Of a DNA stretch of 55,994 bases, positions 40,201-51,424 are shown one piece after another. The notes under the pieces are model-generated. The model worked only from the letters and a program-made list of their open reading frames with translations, was not told the origin of the DNA and made no database searches. A program made the translations under genes and the position numbers. The number at the start of each line of letters is the position of its first letter. The first letter of the stretch is position 1. Origin of the DNA: Priapulus caudatus. Taxonomy: Eukaryota. The stretch spans positions 575,864-631,857 of the forward strand of contig NW_014577086.1 in NCBI RefSeq assembly GCF_000485595.1. Reading direction: 5' to 3'.

Positions 40201-41310
40201 AAAAATTCGTTCGACGCTCGCTTCATTTCACACCATCAAAGCTCGAATACACATCCTACAGCTTCCATCTTGGTATCTATGTGTACATGAATGTTCACTT
40301 GTTCGAATTATAACTCTGGCCTTTGTTCTTACCTACTCCCACCAGAGATATCTCGTGAAATCCTGCAGTAAATGTTCTCTCCGTGAAAATGTAAAGAGGA
40401 CGTTATCTTCCAAAAATTTCTAACGGCACTACTTTCGATCGATCGCTGTAGTCGTGTCTGCGTGACGTCATGCCCGCGCGCATTGTGCTTGGCTTGGCGG
40501 GCCTCGAAATGGAGCTCGGAGGCCGGCAGCAGCTCATCCCGGCATGCAATGCGCCCCATTACTCGTGTATAAACAGACATTTCGTCCTCTACATTTTCAC
40601 GGAGAGAACATTTCCTGCTAGATTTCACGAGATATCTCTGGCGGGAGTAGGTAAGAACAAAGGCCAGAGTTATAATTCGAACAAGTGAACATTTATGTAC
40701 ACATAGATACCAAGATGGAAGCTGTAGGATGTGTATTCGAGCTGTGATGGTGTGAAATGAAGTGAGCGTCGAACGAATTTTTCAATCCCGCTTTCTTACC
40801 TGCTCTCTTATTCATGTTGTTTGTGCACGCAGCACAGCGCGGGCGGGCGTTCGGTGTACTTGTGTGTTGCAGATGAGCATTTGACCGGCATTTACAGGTG
40901 ATTATAGGCGAAATAGAGTAGAGAAACATTAAGACTTTGGTACATTTCGTGTTTATTTACCTTTTTTTATTATTGAGACGTTCCAAGTGCCTGTGATCAT
41001 ACTCGAGTCATAGGGGCTAAGGCATAGTAATAATATATCAAATGACAAACAATTTAAAACAGACAACAGCCTACTTAAATGCGTAAATAAAATAGCGTGC
41101 TTATCAGGTTTTCGTTAAACGAACTCTATACGATTGCGTTATAAACGAAGGTAAACAACATCTAAATTCTAACATGAAAGATATACAAATACAAACCTTT
41201 TGCAAGGATTCAACAAATAAACCCTTCCACTTATACGCATTTTCCTCCGACGTGAAGTCATAGCTGATCTGATCTGGCATACTATTTGTTGCACTACTAA
41301 ACACGGACAT
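11948..41310 (-). CDS. SOS: Son of sevenless homolog (Ras/Rac GEF), whole gene span, 24 coding exons, about 1358 aa
   Basis: Exon translations are collinear with SOS1/2 ([89 protein letters not shown]). All junctions are GT-AG with matching phases, and exon lengths sum to 4077 nt. Confidence 0.97.
13185..13416 (-). CDS. SOS: SOS exon 23 (Pro/Ser-rich tail)
   Basis: FPLKSPGIK...PSTPLTPPP...[15 protein letters not shown] boundaries. Confidence 0.9.
13639..13755 (-). CDS. SOS: SOS exon 22 (end of CDC25)
   Basis: [39 protein letters not shown]. Confidence 0.96.
13800..13940 (-). pseudogene. SOS: Degenerate tandem duplicate of SOS exon 22 plus its acceptor
   Basis: Direct repeat of 13650-13787; acceptor kept, +1 frameshift leading to a stop, donor missing. 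Confidence 0.9.
14995..15167 (-). CDS. SOS: SOS exon 21 (CDC25 helical hairpin)
   Basis: [17 protein letters not shown]...[26 protein letters not shown]. Confidence 0.96.
15346..15463 (-). CDS. SOS: SOS exon 20 (CDC25)
   Basis: [31 protein letters not shown]. Confidence 0.96.
15570..16213. repeat. Degenerate (GA)n/(GAGACA)n microsatellite
   Basis: Low-complexity purine tract in SOS intron 19. Confidence 0.9.
16226..16408 (-). CDS. SOS: SOS exon 19 (CDC25)
   Basis: [59 protein letters not shown]. Confidence 0.96.
16618..17162. mobile_element. hAT-like MITE with 5-bp TSD
   Basis: CATGGTTC...GAACCATG termini, TTCAAGGAC subterminal repeats, CATTA on both sides. Confidence 0.7.
17214..17369 (-). 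CDS. SOS: SOS exon 18 (CDC25)
   Basis: [28 protein letters not shown]...[13 protein letters not shown]. Confidence 0.96.
17931..18032 (-). CDS. SOS: SOS exon 17
   Basis: [34 protein letters not shown]. Confidence 0.93.
18078..18909. mobile_element. Possible hAT-like non-autonomous element
   Basis: TIR CAGTGTCTGACA / TGTCAGGCACTG; no TSD found. Confidence 0.45.
19113..19269 (-). CDS. SOS: SOS exon 16 (REM)
   Basis: [19 protein letters not shown]...[13 protein letters not shown]. Confidence 0.96.
19629..19793 (-). CDS. SOS: SOS exon 15 (REM)
   Basis: [18 protein letters not shown]...[14 protein letters not shown]. Confidence 0.96.
19861..20564. mobile_element. hAT non-autonomous element with 8-bp TSD
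   Basis: TAGGGGTGCACCG / CGGTGCATCGCTA termini, CCGGAA subterminal repeats, perfect TSD ATATGAAC. Confidence 0.88.
20880..21200 (-). repeat. Degenerate 24-30 bp minisatellite built on the exon 14 splice donor
   Basis: About 11 variants of ACAG/GTATGC next to the real donor. Confidence 0.8.
21196..21363 (-). CDS. SOS: SOS exon 14 (REM)
   Basis: [35 protein letters not shown]. Confidence 0.96.
21672..21755 (-). CDS. SOS: SOS exon 13 (helical linker)
   Basis: [27 protein letters not shown]. Confidence 0.95.
21949..22066 (-). CDS. SOS: SOS exon 12 (PH)
   Basis: [33 protein letters not shown]. Confidence 0.95.
22780..22968 (-). CDS. SOS: SOS exon 11 (PH)
   Basis: [17 protein letters not shown]...[22 protein letters not shown]. 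Confidence 0.95.
23379..23509 (-). CDS. SOS: SOS exon 10 (DH-PH linker/PH)
   Basis: [26 protein letters not shown]. Confidence 0.95.
23962..24089 (-). CDS. SOS: SOS exon 9 (DH)
   Basis: [18 protein letters not shown]...LAKKKP. Confidence 0.93.
24209..24307 (-). CDS. SOS: SOS exon 8 (DH)
   Basis: [33 protein letters not shown]. Confidence 0.93.
24571..24681 (-). CDS. SOS: SOS exon 7 (DH)
   Basis: [37 protein letters not shown]; phase 0-0. Confidence 0.9.
25260..25400 (-). CDS. SOS: SOS exon 6 (DH)
   Basis: [13 protein letters not shown]...[10 protein letters not shown]. Confidence 0.95.
25746..26065. mobile_element. hAT-like MITE (same family as 47491-47757)
   Basis: CAGGGGTAGAAATTAAC / GTTAATTTCGCACCCTG; GGGAGTCC repeats; TATATA flanks. 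Confidence 0.8.
26147..26422 (-). CDS. SOS: SOS exon 5 (end of histone fold, start of DH)
   Basis: [33 protein letters not shown]...FPRSK. Confidence 0.95.
26780..27296. mobile_element. hAT-like remnant with a duplicated end (about 62-bp tandem)
   Basis: ATCGATGATCGTGACATCACTA occurs twice; ATCGGTT subterminal repeats. Confidence 0.5.
27493..27576 (-). CDS. SOS: SOS exon 4 (histone fold)
   Basis: [32 protein letters not shown] boundaries. Confidence 0.95.
28766..28909 (-). CDS. SOS: SOS exon 3 (histone fold)
   Basis: [23 protein letters not shown]...[13 protein letters not shown] boundaries. Confidence 0.95.
29071..30115. mobile_element. hAT-like element with 5-bp TSD, inserted in an older repeat
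   Basis: CAGCGTGCGAGCTT / AAGCTCTAACACTG termini; TSD TAACG; uninterrupted host copy at about 4820-5105. Confidence 0.8.
29248..29652. mobile_element. MITE with about 60-bp TIRs, nested in 29071-30115
   Basis: ATAGAG..CCGAAGTG..CACGGTGGCATGACAACGAACCCACTGGTTCTACACAA and its reverse complement. Confidence 0.8.
31479..31599 (-). pseudogene. SOS: Frameshifted second copy of SOS exon 2 (error-rich assembly copy or pseudo-exon)
   Basis: Aligns with 36687-36803 including flanks but is 121 nt with several single-base indels. Confidence 0.8.
31698..33747. mobile_element. Kolobok-like non-autonomous transposon (2050 bp)
   Basis: TTAA|AGGCCTCCTT...AAGAAGGCCT|TTAA; empty site with a single TTAA at 36896-36899. 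Confidence 0.8.
34225..34340. repeat. 30-bp minisatellite, about 4 copies
   Basis: ATGAATTAGGATTACTTAAAC.ATGAATTT repeated. Confidence 0.9.
36687..36803 (-). CDS. SOS: SOS exon 2, intact copy ([39 protein letters not shown])
   Basis: Histone-fold segment, 117 nt, TTATAG acceptor, GTATAA donor, phase 0-0. Confidence 0.9.
37118..37676. repeat. About 80-bp tandem repeat, about 7 copies
   Basis: GTTGTTTAACTGATGAGTGATACACAGTTATCTAGTTACGTAGCTAGCTAG...CTGTATCTGTGCAACAGT. Confidence 0.92.
37717..37779 (+). other. Isolated 63-nt exon-like segment ([20 protein letters not shown])
   Basis: TTCGTTACAG acceptor, G/GTAAGA donor, phase 1-1, GC3-rich codons, coiled-coil-like peptide. Confidence 0.5.
37948..38541. 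mobile_element. hAT MITE with 8-bp TSD
   Basis: CAGGTCTCGAATTAA / TTAATTCGAGCCCTG; TSD AGCCGAAG/AGCAGAAG. Confidence 0.8.
38867..39920. mobile_element. Foldback MITE, P-superfamily-like
   Basis: CACAGGCACTTG termini, arms over 350 bp, TSD ATTCAGCT/ATTCAGGT. Confidence 0.82.
39989..40995. mobile_element. Foldback MITE, P-superfamily-like, related subfamily
   Basis: CACGGGCACTTGG / CCAAGTGCCTGTG termini, about 400-bp arms, perfect TSD ATCATACT. Confidence 0.87.
41197..41310 (-). CDS. SOS: SOS exon 1 ([38 protein letters not shown])
   Basis: Matches the SOS N-terminus; donor AAG/GTTTGT; the second Met (MPDQ) is an alternative start. Confidence 0.9.
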
Positions 41311-41375
41311 ATAGATCAGCCGTTATACAGTTTACTTCCTAAGAAGAGAGCAACCGCAAGGAATAAACATGGTCG

Positions 41376-41390
41376 AGCAGCCATTTTGAC
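41376..41390 (-). promoter_or_regulatory. YY1-like motif (CAAAATGGCTGC) near the presumed SOS transcription start
   Basis: Motif lies about 70 bp upstream of the ATG, sense orientation; motif match only. Confidence 0.35.
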
Positions 41391-42022
41391 AGTCTGGAAA
41401 TGGGACGACGGGGGTAGCATCAAAACAGGGAACTTTTACACCACTTTAATCACTAAACCGTAAATAAAAACCATCAGGAACAGTAGGCAGAGGAGTGCCG
41501 CTAAGTATTCTGCAACTGGGACTGCATCTGTGGTCGTGGAATTTCATGAAATAACTGATATTACAACATTTCACATACAAATCCAAAAATTCAGGATTTT
41601 CGATGTTCACATCATGCGCTTGCGCAGCTCCGCGCCGCCAGCTACCGGTGTAAATATTTAACAACGTTCGCGACGATCATGACGATATCGATGACGATGG
41701 AAATACAAGGCGAACAAATGATTAGCCTGGCATATAGGCATATATATGCATATAGGCAGGAGCGTATAATGACAAACGCAGGAGCGTATTTGTCATTATA
41801 CGCTCCTGATATAGGCATAATACGCCTATAAGTCAGTGGTAAATAAATGGGCCATTTTTGCATTTGCCTTTATTACGCGTTGTATGCGCCTTGTAAAGCG
41901 CCTTTTGCGCAAAGACGTACTACGCAGGCAAATCAATAATGAGTTTTACGGGTAGACGCTCACTATAAATTATACATAATATTATGTAATATAAAAAAAC
42001 ATTTACTGTTCATCTATGTCCT

Positions 42023-42868
<846 letters not shown>

Positions 42869-43142
42869 AGTGCGTGCATGCTTGTAGTGAAGTACTCCTA
42901 GTATTTTTTAGAGTATCTACTATTTACAATTATAGGGATATCCCTTATGCATCTTGTCACAATGTGATATACTCTCTGGGAAAGAAGCAAACAATAACAG
43001 GGGTGAAGCCACCAAGGAAAGAAGAAAAAAAACAATATAGAATATAGACATCTATAGTCTATATATATAGGCTATCTAAATATATAGGCTATCTATATAT
43101 TTATCTTCTAAATTCGAATATCTTCTATAGTACCCGTAATTT

Positions 43143-43297
43143 TACTATATACTATAGTATAGTACATATAATTATTACTATAGTATATAGTATAGTACAT
43201 ATAATTATTACTATAGTATATAGTATAGTAGTACATATTACTATAGTATATAGTATAGTAGTACATATTACTATAGTATATAGTATAGTAGTATAGT
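43143..43297. repeat. AT-rich minisatellite of about 30 bp
   Basis: TTACTATAGTATATAGTATAGTA repeated. Confidence 0.8.
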
Positions 43298-43332
43298 CTA
43301 CAGTAATATATATTCTATAGCTCTGATATTAT

Positions 43333-43377
43333 CAGGAGTAAATTGTCACAAAATTGTCATTTTTAACATTACTCCTG
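43333..43377. mobile_element. 45-bp TIR remnant with 7-bp TSD ATATTAT
   Basis: CAGGAGTAA...TTACTCCTG. Confidence 0.65.
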
Positions 43378-43817
43378 ATATTATCTACACGAATATATCT
43401 GTGATTGCCACAAGGGGGCGATATAGTCACCAAGACGTCAGATGAGTCCTGGCATTACTTTACCACGTATTACAAAATGATGATAAGAGACACGGACCAG
43501 TCTAAAATACACCCAAATCAAAACATCGGCGATGAGGCTTTACCATTACATTCGTTTTAGTTACACCATAGACCTGTCGTTACACATCAGTTCACGCGCC
43601 ATAACATATAACGAATTCTGTTACTGTACTGTGTAACGTGTAAACTATTACTAGGCCCTAACTATTATTATAATTATTATTATAACTATTATTAAGTTGG
43701 CGTAAAAAAGTAGCGCGCACTATCTGGTAACGGTACGTGATACGTTATAACTTATATACACTGAATCTGATACATCTAAACCCGCCATGATATTAATTTT
43801 ATTATGATTATGATATC

Positions 43818-43971
43818 ATGGATTACCGATCGCCCGCAGACGATTTTGAAGTGCTACAATCTACAACATCCCTAGATGATGTTGCGGCTATGCAAATGCA
43901 ATTTCAAATGAATGTAGATGACGAGGAATTATTGGTAGGATCCAGCTATGAGCATGAAAGCGTCTTGAAAG
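43818..43971 (+). CDS. DDHD1: Putative DDHD1-like exon 1 (MDYRSPADDFEVLQ...ESVLK)
   Basis: Open frame from ATG to AAAG/GTAAC; phase 1 fits the next exon; no recognisable homology. Confidence 0.55.
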
Positions 43972-44148
43972 GTAACCTACTTTAAGTACCCGTACTTAAT
44001 CACTTGGTATCGCTTTGCTAATCATCCTAATGTAATACTAATAAGTAATAGTAATAGTAATACTAATAGTAATAGTGTGTCCGAACCCTAACCCTGTGCT
44101 GTGTGACTGTGACAGACTCCGTGCGTGTTATGTTACAGTTATGTTATG

Positions 44149-44350
44149 CACAGGCACTTGGAACGTCTCAATAAAAAAAAGGTAAATAAACACGAAATGT
44201 ATTTACTACCGTCTTAATGTTTCTCTACTCTATTTCGCCTATTAATTATTGTCGATAACTTCCTGTAAATGACGTTCAAATGCTCCTATGCAACACACGT
44301 CACAAGTACACCGCACGCACACACCTGGGCACCAACAACAAGAATAAAGA
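44149..44350 (+). mobile_element. Solo truncated arm of the CACAGG foldback family
   Basis: Matches 39989-40175. Confidence 0.75.
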
Positions 44351-44507
44351 GTGAGCTCTTCATTGTTAATGTTATACCTCAATTCTAATCTAATTAACGC
44401 TCTCACTCTGTGACTGTGTTACTGAAATAATACATGGCATTAATATAATGCATAATATGTGAAATAACCACAAAAAACTGTATCATAAGACTATAATATG
44501 AGTCACG

Positions 44508-45465
44508 TTTTTAGCTTGCCTTGACATCGTCAAGATGAGCTATTGCCATGGTGTGTCGCCCATCTGTCCGTCCGTCCGTCAACATTTGGCTACGGTCAAC
44601 GATAACTCAAGAACCGTTTGGCCCACAGGTTTCAAATTGCATATAGTTGTTACTCCTATGGGAGAGGTTTGAACGTCCTATTTTGGAGCACTCGAGTCGA
44701 CCTACATTCGAGCCATGGCCACTTTTTGGCAAAAATGGAAATGGTCAAGTCAGTTCAGGTTCAATGGATTTTGCTCATTTCTGGTATGTGAATGAATGAG
44801 TACTGGCCCCAAAACATATCACACAGGTTTTGATTTTTTTTTAATTATGCAAATTGGGTAGATTTTGGCAATTTCACTATGCATTTCAGTGTCTGCCTAC
44901 GGTCAACGATAACGCAAGAACCGTTTGACCCACATGTTTTAAATTGCATGCAGTTGCTACTCCTATTTTGGAGAGGTTTGAACGTCCTGTTTTGGTGCAC
45001 GCCAGTCAACCTACTTTCGAGCCACGTCCACTTTTTGGCAAAATTGGAAATGGCCATAAGTCAATTCAGGTTCAACGGATTTTGCTCATTTCTAGTATGT
45101 AAATGAATAAGGACTGGCCCCAAAACATATCACACGGGTTTTGATATTTTTTTTAAATTATGCAAATTAGGTAGATTTTGGCAATTTCACAATGCATTTC
45201 AGTGTCTGCCTACGGTCAACGATAACTCAAGAACTGTTTGGCCCACATGTTTCAAATTGCATACAGTTGTTACTCCTATGGGAGAGATTTGAACTTCCTA
45301 TTTTGGAGCACGCCAGTCGACCTACTTTCGAGCCACGCCCACTTTTTGGCAAAAATGAAAATGGCCATCTAAATTCATTCGATTTTGTAAAATTTTGGTA
45401 TGTGAATGTGTAAGGCTAGCCCCAAAACAGTTGTTACTCCTATGGGAGAGACGACAACGTCCTAT
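44508..45465 (+). mobile_element. HINE-like element with about 310-bp tandem array (about 3 copies)
   Basis: TTTTAGCT..CTTGAC..GTCAAG..GAGCTA hairpin, (GTCC)n, repeated CTACGGTCAACGATAAC units. Confidence 0.72.
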
Positions 45466-47045
45466 TACGTTTATTTCGTCTAACTGGTCAACAACTCTAC
45501 AATCATACCTATATACGTGTAATATTGTGTTTTAGATTCTTCGTTACAGTAATTTGACTTGAATATTTTATTGTTTTTATTTGCGCGATATTCGAAAACC
45601 AAAATGGCCATCATTTAGGCGTAGCGCCATCTCGCATCAAGATTTCAGACTTTCAGATCTGAAACATTTATTTTCGCATCCAAACTTATGCATATATATA
45701 TCATTATCAAGAGTATATTATAATAGGAGATATGCTATATAATGGGAGTTCTCCCATATATACTCTTGCTTTATATATCTCCCCTCCTTCTTCTATCACA
45801 CCTAAGGTGAGCTACAGTGTTATTGACACTTTTATTTCATTGTCTCCTGTTATATATATTTGGACATACGTTTCTACTTGATGTTCTTGGGCCAAAAGAA
45901 ATAGGTTACATAAACCATATTACAAAATTAATAGTTTTGTGATGTGACACATGTTCAGAATAAGACTTATTACCTTGTACCTTAAAAGTACACTGGGTGC
46001 AGGGCAAAGTGCACTGGGTGCAGGGCAATGATTGTGAATGGACGTTTATGGGTGGAAGTTAACACTTAAACATATTGGCTATTTAAAGGGATACAAAAAT
46101 TTGGTTTTCGAAAAGTTTGACCATAAAATAAGAGCCTCCCGTGAGAATTTTTCAGAAACCATGATGTGGTTTATTGGGGATCGAGATTTCTGCCCCCAAT
46201 GAAAAGTTAGATCAGTGTACTACTGTACTAGCCACCAAAACTTTGCACAGCAACAATAAAACGATGCAAAATATATAAAATAACCAAACAACATGTTTAA
46301 TTTCATTTCATTCTTCCTAAACAACGTTTACAATAGTAATTAACGTTATAGTCATTACTGTTATGCCCTGTGATTATACACACTTCCAATCCCAGCTAAT
46401 TCCTTACTGTTGCTGGTGGTGGTGAGAGGGGGCTTCGAGCATAAACAGCTGTTTCTGCAGGTCAAAGGTAAAGCTCTACGTACTCCTCTAATCAGTCAAG
46501 TCAAGAGGTGAGTCATAGTTCCCCCCAACGTTGATTCCCATGAAAACCGTTCTTGACGACACTGATGGCCGACGCTGCATGCATAAACAGTCTTTCGTTT
46601 GAAATAATTGAGGGAGGGTCTGATTTTATGGTGAATATTTTTTTAACTATTTCATGAGTTTTTATCTGTATATCTGCGGATTGTGAATGTGTATCAGACT
46701 ATCAGTATGGAAAAACTTTTTTCCGTAGAATGCTAGGAGATGGGTTCTAAGTTCAGATTTGTTAAATTAAATATATAATAAATCGTAGATAGATTAGGGC
46801 TAGCACGAAAGTTGAATTTCCAATAATTTAGCCTTGCACACTCCTTTGTTTTGATTCACCCCTGATGTATATATGTAGAATTAATTTTACTGACAGCAAT
46901 TGAAAAATCTTTCCATTCCTGTATAAAATTACATGAGGGAATTTTTCTTTTACATCACGATTTTTCTGGTCATAAAATTACATACATATAGAGAAATGCA
47001 CGTAATTCGAGTTATTGTAATGTGGGATACTACTGTATTGTCAAG

Positions 47046-47408
47046 GTTCAAACGGACGAGCTGACGGCGACCTCTTCCGACGATCGAACGCCCGTAAGTC
47101 CGAGCTGGCCGCCGACGCTGACATGAACCCTGGGCAGAATAATCTGTCGTGGTCACCTGAGGATGAGGCGGTTGAGGAGATGCATCCGGAGGAGGCCCGC
47201 TGGTTCTACCGTGAGCGAGGCGACAAAGATCGTCACTGGACGGCGTTTATCGGCTACGACTCGCTGCGCATCGAGTGCAAGTACAGGGAGCTGCAGCTCG
47301 GCGATGGCGGCGTGATCTCGGAGCACAACGTGGAGACGATCAGCGCACGTGGTGACCTCTTCGAGGTCGACGTAGTGTCGAAGAAATGCTTTCCGATCTA
47401 CTGGGCAG
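47046..47408 (+). CDS. DDHD1: DDHD1-like phospholipase exon 2
   Basis: PEEARWFY...WTAFIGYDSLRIE...RGDLFEVDV...CFPIYW matches the DDHD1 N-terminal region; 5' boundary less certain. Confidence 0.88.
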
Positions 47409-47490
47409 GTGCGTGATGGAAGTCGTGTCTATTAAGTGTATATATACACTTATATATAAATATATATATTAAGTAGTACTGTGTAAATAT

Positions 47491-47757
47491 CAGGGGTAGA
47501 AATGAACTTTTGAACAAGGGAGTCCAATGGATCCCCTACTCTCAAAAAGAGGGAGTCCGCAGTCTGAATTTCAAAACTAAGATATTAACATTAACGCATA
47601 TTTTGAAGATTCATGCGGTTGCACGTCTGCCAAATTTTCTTTGGACATTTGCTGAAAAAATATGGTAATTCCGCGAGGCCGTGCTCTGTCAAATCAGGGA
47701 GTCCGACAGTAAATCAGGGAGTATTTGAGTCCGGACTCGCGTTAATTGCGCACCCTG
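47491..47757. mobile_element. hAT-like MITE (same family as 25746-26065)
   Basis: Shared termini and interior; AAATAT on both sides. Confidence 0.8.
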
Positions 47758-47923
47758 AAATATATCAATATATTTAGGCTCACGTCCAGACGAGTCAGCT
47801 CTCTGGCTGGATGCTATCATGCACAGGCTAAAGTCAAATCCTATGCCTCGGACTAGAAACCTGTTAAGTACCGGAGGTGGACGTTGAACTAATTATAACA
47901 TTTTGTATACAGCAGGATATATA

Positions 47924-48065
47924 TCAGTAGATAATAGGGAATAATAGTTCCCTAGGGGTATAATTATTTCCCTAGTAGGATAATTAGTTCCCTAGGGGTA
48001 TAATTATTCCCTAGTAGGATAATAGTTCCCTAGTAGGGATAATAGTTCCCTATTATCTACTCCTG
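47924..48065. repeat. TIR-bounded array of AATAGTTCCCTAG units
   Basis: AGTAGATAATAGGGA / TCCCTATTATCTACTCCTG ends; ATATATAT flanks. Confidence 0.6.
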
Positions 48066-48252
48066 ATATATATAGATGAACGTGTGTGGGAATGTGTGAT
48101 GAACGAAACGTTTACATATAATATATTGTTATGCATGCACACGTGTATATAACGATCTATCTGTATGTTTTATTGTCTGTTTTTGCATCTGTCAATCAAT
48201 CCACCCATCCATCCATCTATTTAGTCATTTCTCTCCCCTTCTCTCTGTCCCT

Positions 48253-48254
<2 letters not shown>

Positions 48255-48284
<30 letters not shown>

Positions 48285-48381
48285 CCGTGCGTGCGTGCGT
48301 GCGTGCGTGCGTTCGTGCGTGTGTGTGCCACTGTGTGTGGGTGTGTCACTGTGTGTGTGCGTGCGTGCGTGCATGTGTGTG
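48255..48381. repeat. (GT)n/(GCGT)n microsatellite
   Basis: Direct inspection. Confidence 0.85.
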
Positions 48382-48667
48382 TCCGTCTCTGTCTCCGTGT
48401 CTATCTCTGTCTTTTTTTCACATACATATAAAAGAAAACAATTATTGCCTGGGTGCGCAGGCGACATAGAGTTTTGTGAGCACGAAAATCAAAATTGGTC
48501 TTGAGCAACATTTATTTTCTCAGTTAACAAAACAATATCACCTGCAATAAGGCAATAATTGTATATTATTATATGGCTGTGAAAATACCACACTGTAATT
48601 TGTGCAAACCATATGAATAAAATGCTAATATTGTCCATTGAAAAACCAATGTTTCCCATTAAGTAAG

Positions 48668-48890
48668 GCTGAGAGGGTCTATGTCCCCCAGGGTACGTAC
48701 TGCCGGAACGTACCCTGGTACTATCTAATATGCCGGACCGTACCTCGCCTACTCCACTAACGAGTCTAGGGAGTCGCCTATGCCTACTCCCTAACCCTAA
48801 CCTTAACCGGTTACCCTAACCCTAACCATATCAGATATAGTTACCAGGGTACGTTCCGGCAGTACCCTGGGGGACATAGACCCTATGAGC
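48668..48890. mobile_element. Mutator-like MITE with internal CCCTAA repeats
   Basis: GCTGAGAGGGTCTATGTCCCCCAGGG TIRs; 9-bp TSD TTAAGTAAG/CTAAGTAAG. Confidence 0.8.
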
Positions 48891-49279
48891 CTAAGTAAGT
48901 GCATGGTGCTGTAACCTAGCACAATCACTGTTTTTTCCACTAATGGCTGTAACGTTGGAATGAGCGTTGATATCGAAATGATGAAGATATAAAGTCATCC
49001 ACATGGCCATCATATGGCCGGTATGGCATATCATGACATTTCCTGCATATTATGGCTTTTTTTTTTGTGTGGAAAATCTTTGTTGTGAAACTTTGTTTAG
49101 AAATTTGTGATCGTTTCTTGAATTTGTGCTAACCAGTGACGGTACGTTTCCACTATATTGTTAGACCGCTGGACACATTCTTCAATCAGGGTTTGATATA
49201 GGCCTAAAACATTTCATCGACAATATGAAATCACTTTTGCGTATTTTTGTTGGCGGGTTAGGGTAACCGGTGATATCAT

Positions 49280-49319
49280 CAGGAGTAAGATAATATAGAT
49301 CTATATTATCTTACTCCTG
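49280..49319. mobile_element. 40-bp perfect palindrome, TIR remnant with 7-bp TSD ATATCAT
   Basis: CAGGAGTAAGATAATATAGA|TCTATATTATCTTACTCCTG. Confidence 0.7.
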
Positions 49320-49660
49320 ATATCATGGTAATGCCATGATATGCAGGAAATGTTTGAAACAGTAGATGAGCGCAGTATATCAATCAGATCTGGTAATAAC
49401 ATGTAATCGTAGTAAAACTACCCAGAATCTGAATAAAAATACATGCGTCTGTACTACGAGATTTCCTTGCTGAACCACAAATGTCTCCGGATTTCACATT
49501 GAATTGAGGATGATGTATGGGAAAAACCATTATAGACAAGAGCTATTGAATCTTTAATGTTACGTTTGCATTAATGTTTATTGAGTTTAACTAGATAAAT
49601 AATAGGAGAATAAGGCTATATGTGGAATTCTCTCCCTAGAAGAAGGAAGACTCCCTAGCA

Positions 49661-49870
49661 TTATTGTATCCCCCGAACGAGTTCGGGGGGATACTATGGA
49701 TTTGGCCTCGTCGCGCCGCCGCCGCCGCAGAGATTTCCTTGTGAGCGCTCTACCGACTGCAGTTCTTCTCGGATCATCTTCAAATTTCGCATGAAGGTGC
49801 GTTATCGTAAAGCGAAAACGCCAATCGTTTTTGGTGTGGGCGGAGTCATCGTTGCCATGGTAACAACATT
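49661..49870 (+). mobile_element. HINE-like 5' part truncated by a gap
   Basis: TTATTGTATCCCCCGAACGAGTTCGGGGGATACTATGG plus (GCC)n; same as 51263. Confidence 0.72.
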
Positions 49871-51262
49871 NNNNNNNNNNTCTCCCAAGCAATAGCAATC
49901 ATTGTATCCTGAGATTTCGACGAGACAACATCATGAATGCCCAAGATGAAGAAGATTTTGTGTTTGCATGTTTGCTGGGTGCATACATTCAGTAAGGCCA
50001 GCAGCAGTTGCAGAGCGGGAAGGCCAGAGTGTAGCAGTCAGGAAGAAGGCGGATGAGAAGGCCAAGATCCATGTGGGTGCGCGAATGGTTATCGGAAGAG
50101 CGAAAGGCAGCAGCTGGGCTAATACTCAACATTTTAGTTTTACTTTTAGTTTTAGTCCAGTTTTAGGACCGCGCGCGCCGTGTCAGTCCGTAGTAGAACG
50201 CAACACGCCGTAGCGCGCCGGGCCGAACCCGTCCTATCCCGTCCGTCCCTTCCCGTCCCACTACGGACCACCTCCAAGTTATGTTACGGCCTATTACGTA
50301 CTGTCACGTTTTGTTGCGTTCACCCCGTTTTACTACGGCCTACTAGGTTTCTCATCCGCACCGTGACTGCCATGGCAAATATTTTGACAGATTAAAAATC
50401 TGGCGCGCAGCATCCACGGCAATCACGGCCTGCCACGTTTTCCCATTCCGTCTCCCCGCGTTGTCTCATCTCCATCCTGTTTTGTCCACGGTGGCCTGAA
50501 ACGGGGCTGCCGTGGCCGTCGGGAACACAGTGTAAACGCAGCATTACTTAACATTATTTCTGGCTCTGCTGCCATTGTGACGCAGATCGCTTGATATTGC
50601 TCCGGCACTCCGTGTGCTATGGCAACATCAATAGTTTATACCTGTGCTCCATAGAACGCACGCGGCGATGCTGAGTAGTTTAATTTAATTTATTGGCACC
50701 GGGACTCCCTCGTTAAAGCGAAGTATGAAAAAGGGACAACTTACTAATTCATGAGGTTATATAGGTGCGCTCAATTTGCCTGCGTCGCACGATGTTACAC
50801 GCACACGCGTGTGCACGCACGCACACACGCACGCACGCAAGCACGCGCACGCACGCACACATATACATGAACACTGATGGATACAAACACACGCATCATA
50901 CATCCCACATTTTTTTAAATTAAACTATAGTCATCAACGATAGTAAAGGTCTGCAAGGATGAGGTGGTCATTGTAGTCTGAGATCTCTTCTTCTTTAATT
51001 ATTTTTTTTTCGAATTACGACAGCTATGAATAATGAATCTGTTAGTATTGTGATTTAGTATAGGGTTAGTATGGATACTGATAGTATAGTGATTTTAGGG
51101 TTACTAAAATAAAAAAATCCGGTGAAAACTGCGTTTGGGAACGCAGAACTTGTAGCCTATGCCTATTAGAAAGTGTCTAAACAACCGGATCCGGTTTCGG
51201 AGTCTTGAAAACTAAACAACCGGCTCTCTTCTCTGATTGGCTAATTTTATCACTTATTTATT

Positions 51263-51393
51263 TTATTGTATCCCCCGAACGAGTTCGGGGGGATACTATG
51301 GATTTGGCTTCGTCGCGCCGCCGCAGAGATTTCCTTGTGAGCACTCTACCGGCGCAAGTTCTTCTCATCTTCAAATTTCATCACACAGGACCA

Positions 51394-51424
<31 letters not shown>

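Noticed and set aside
48664..48894. Harbinger/Tourist call based on TAA flanks
   Set aside because: The second copy shows a perfect 9-bp TSD and this one matches 8 of 9, which favours Mutator-like
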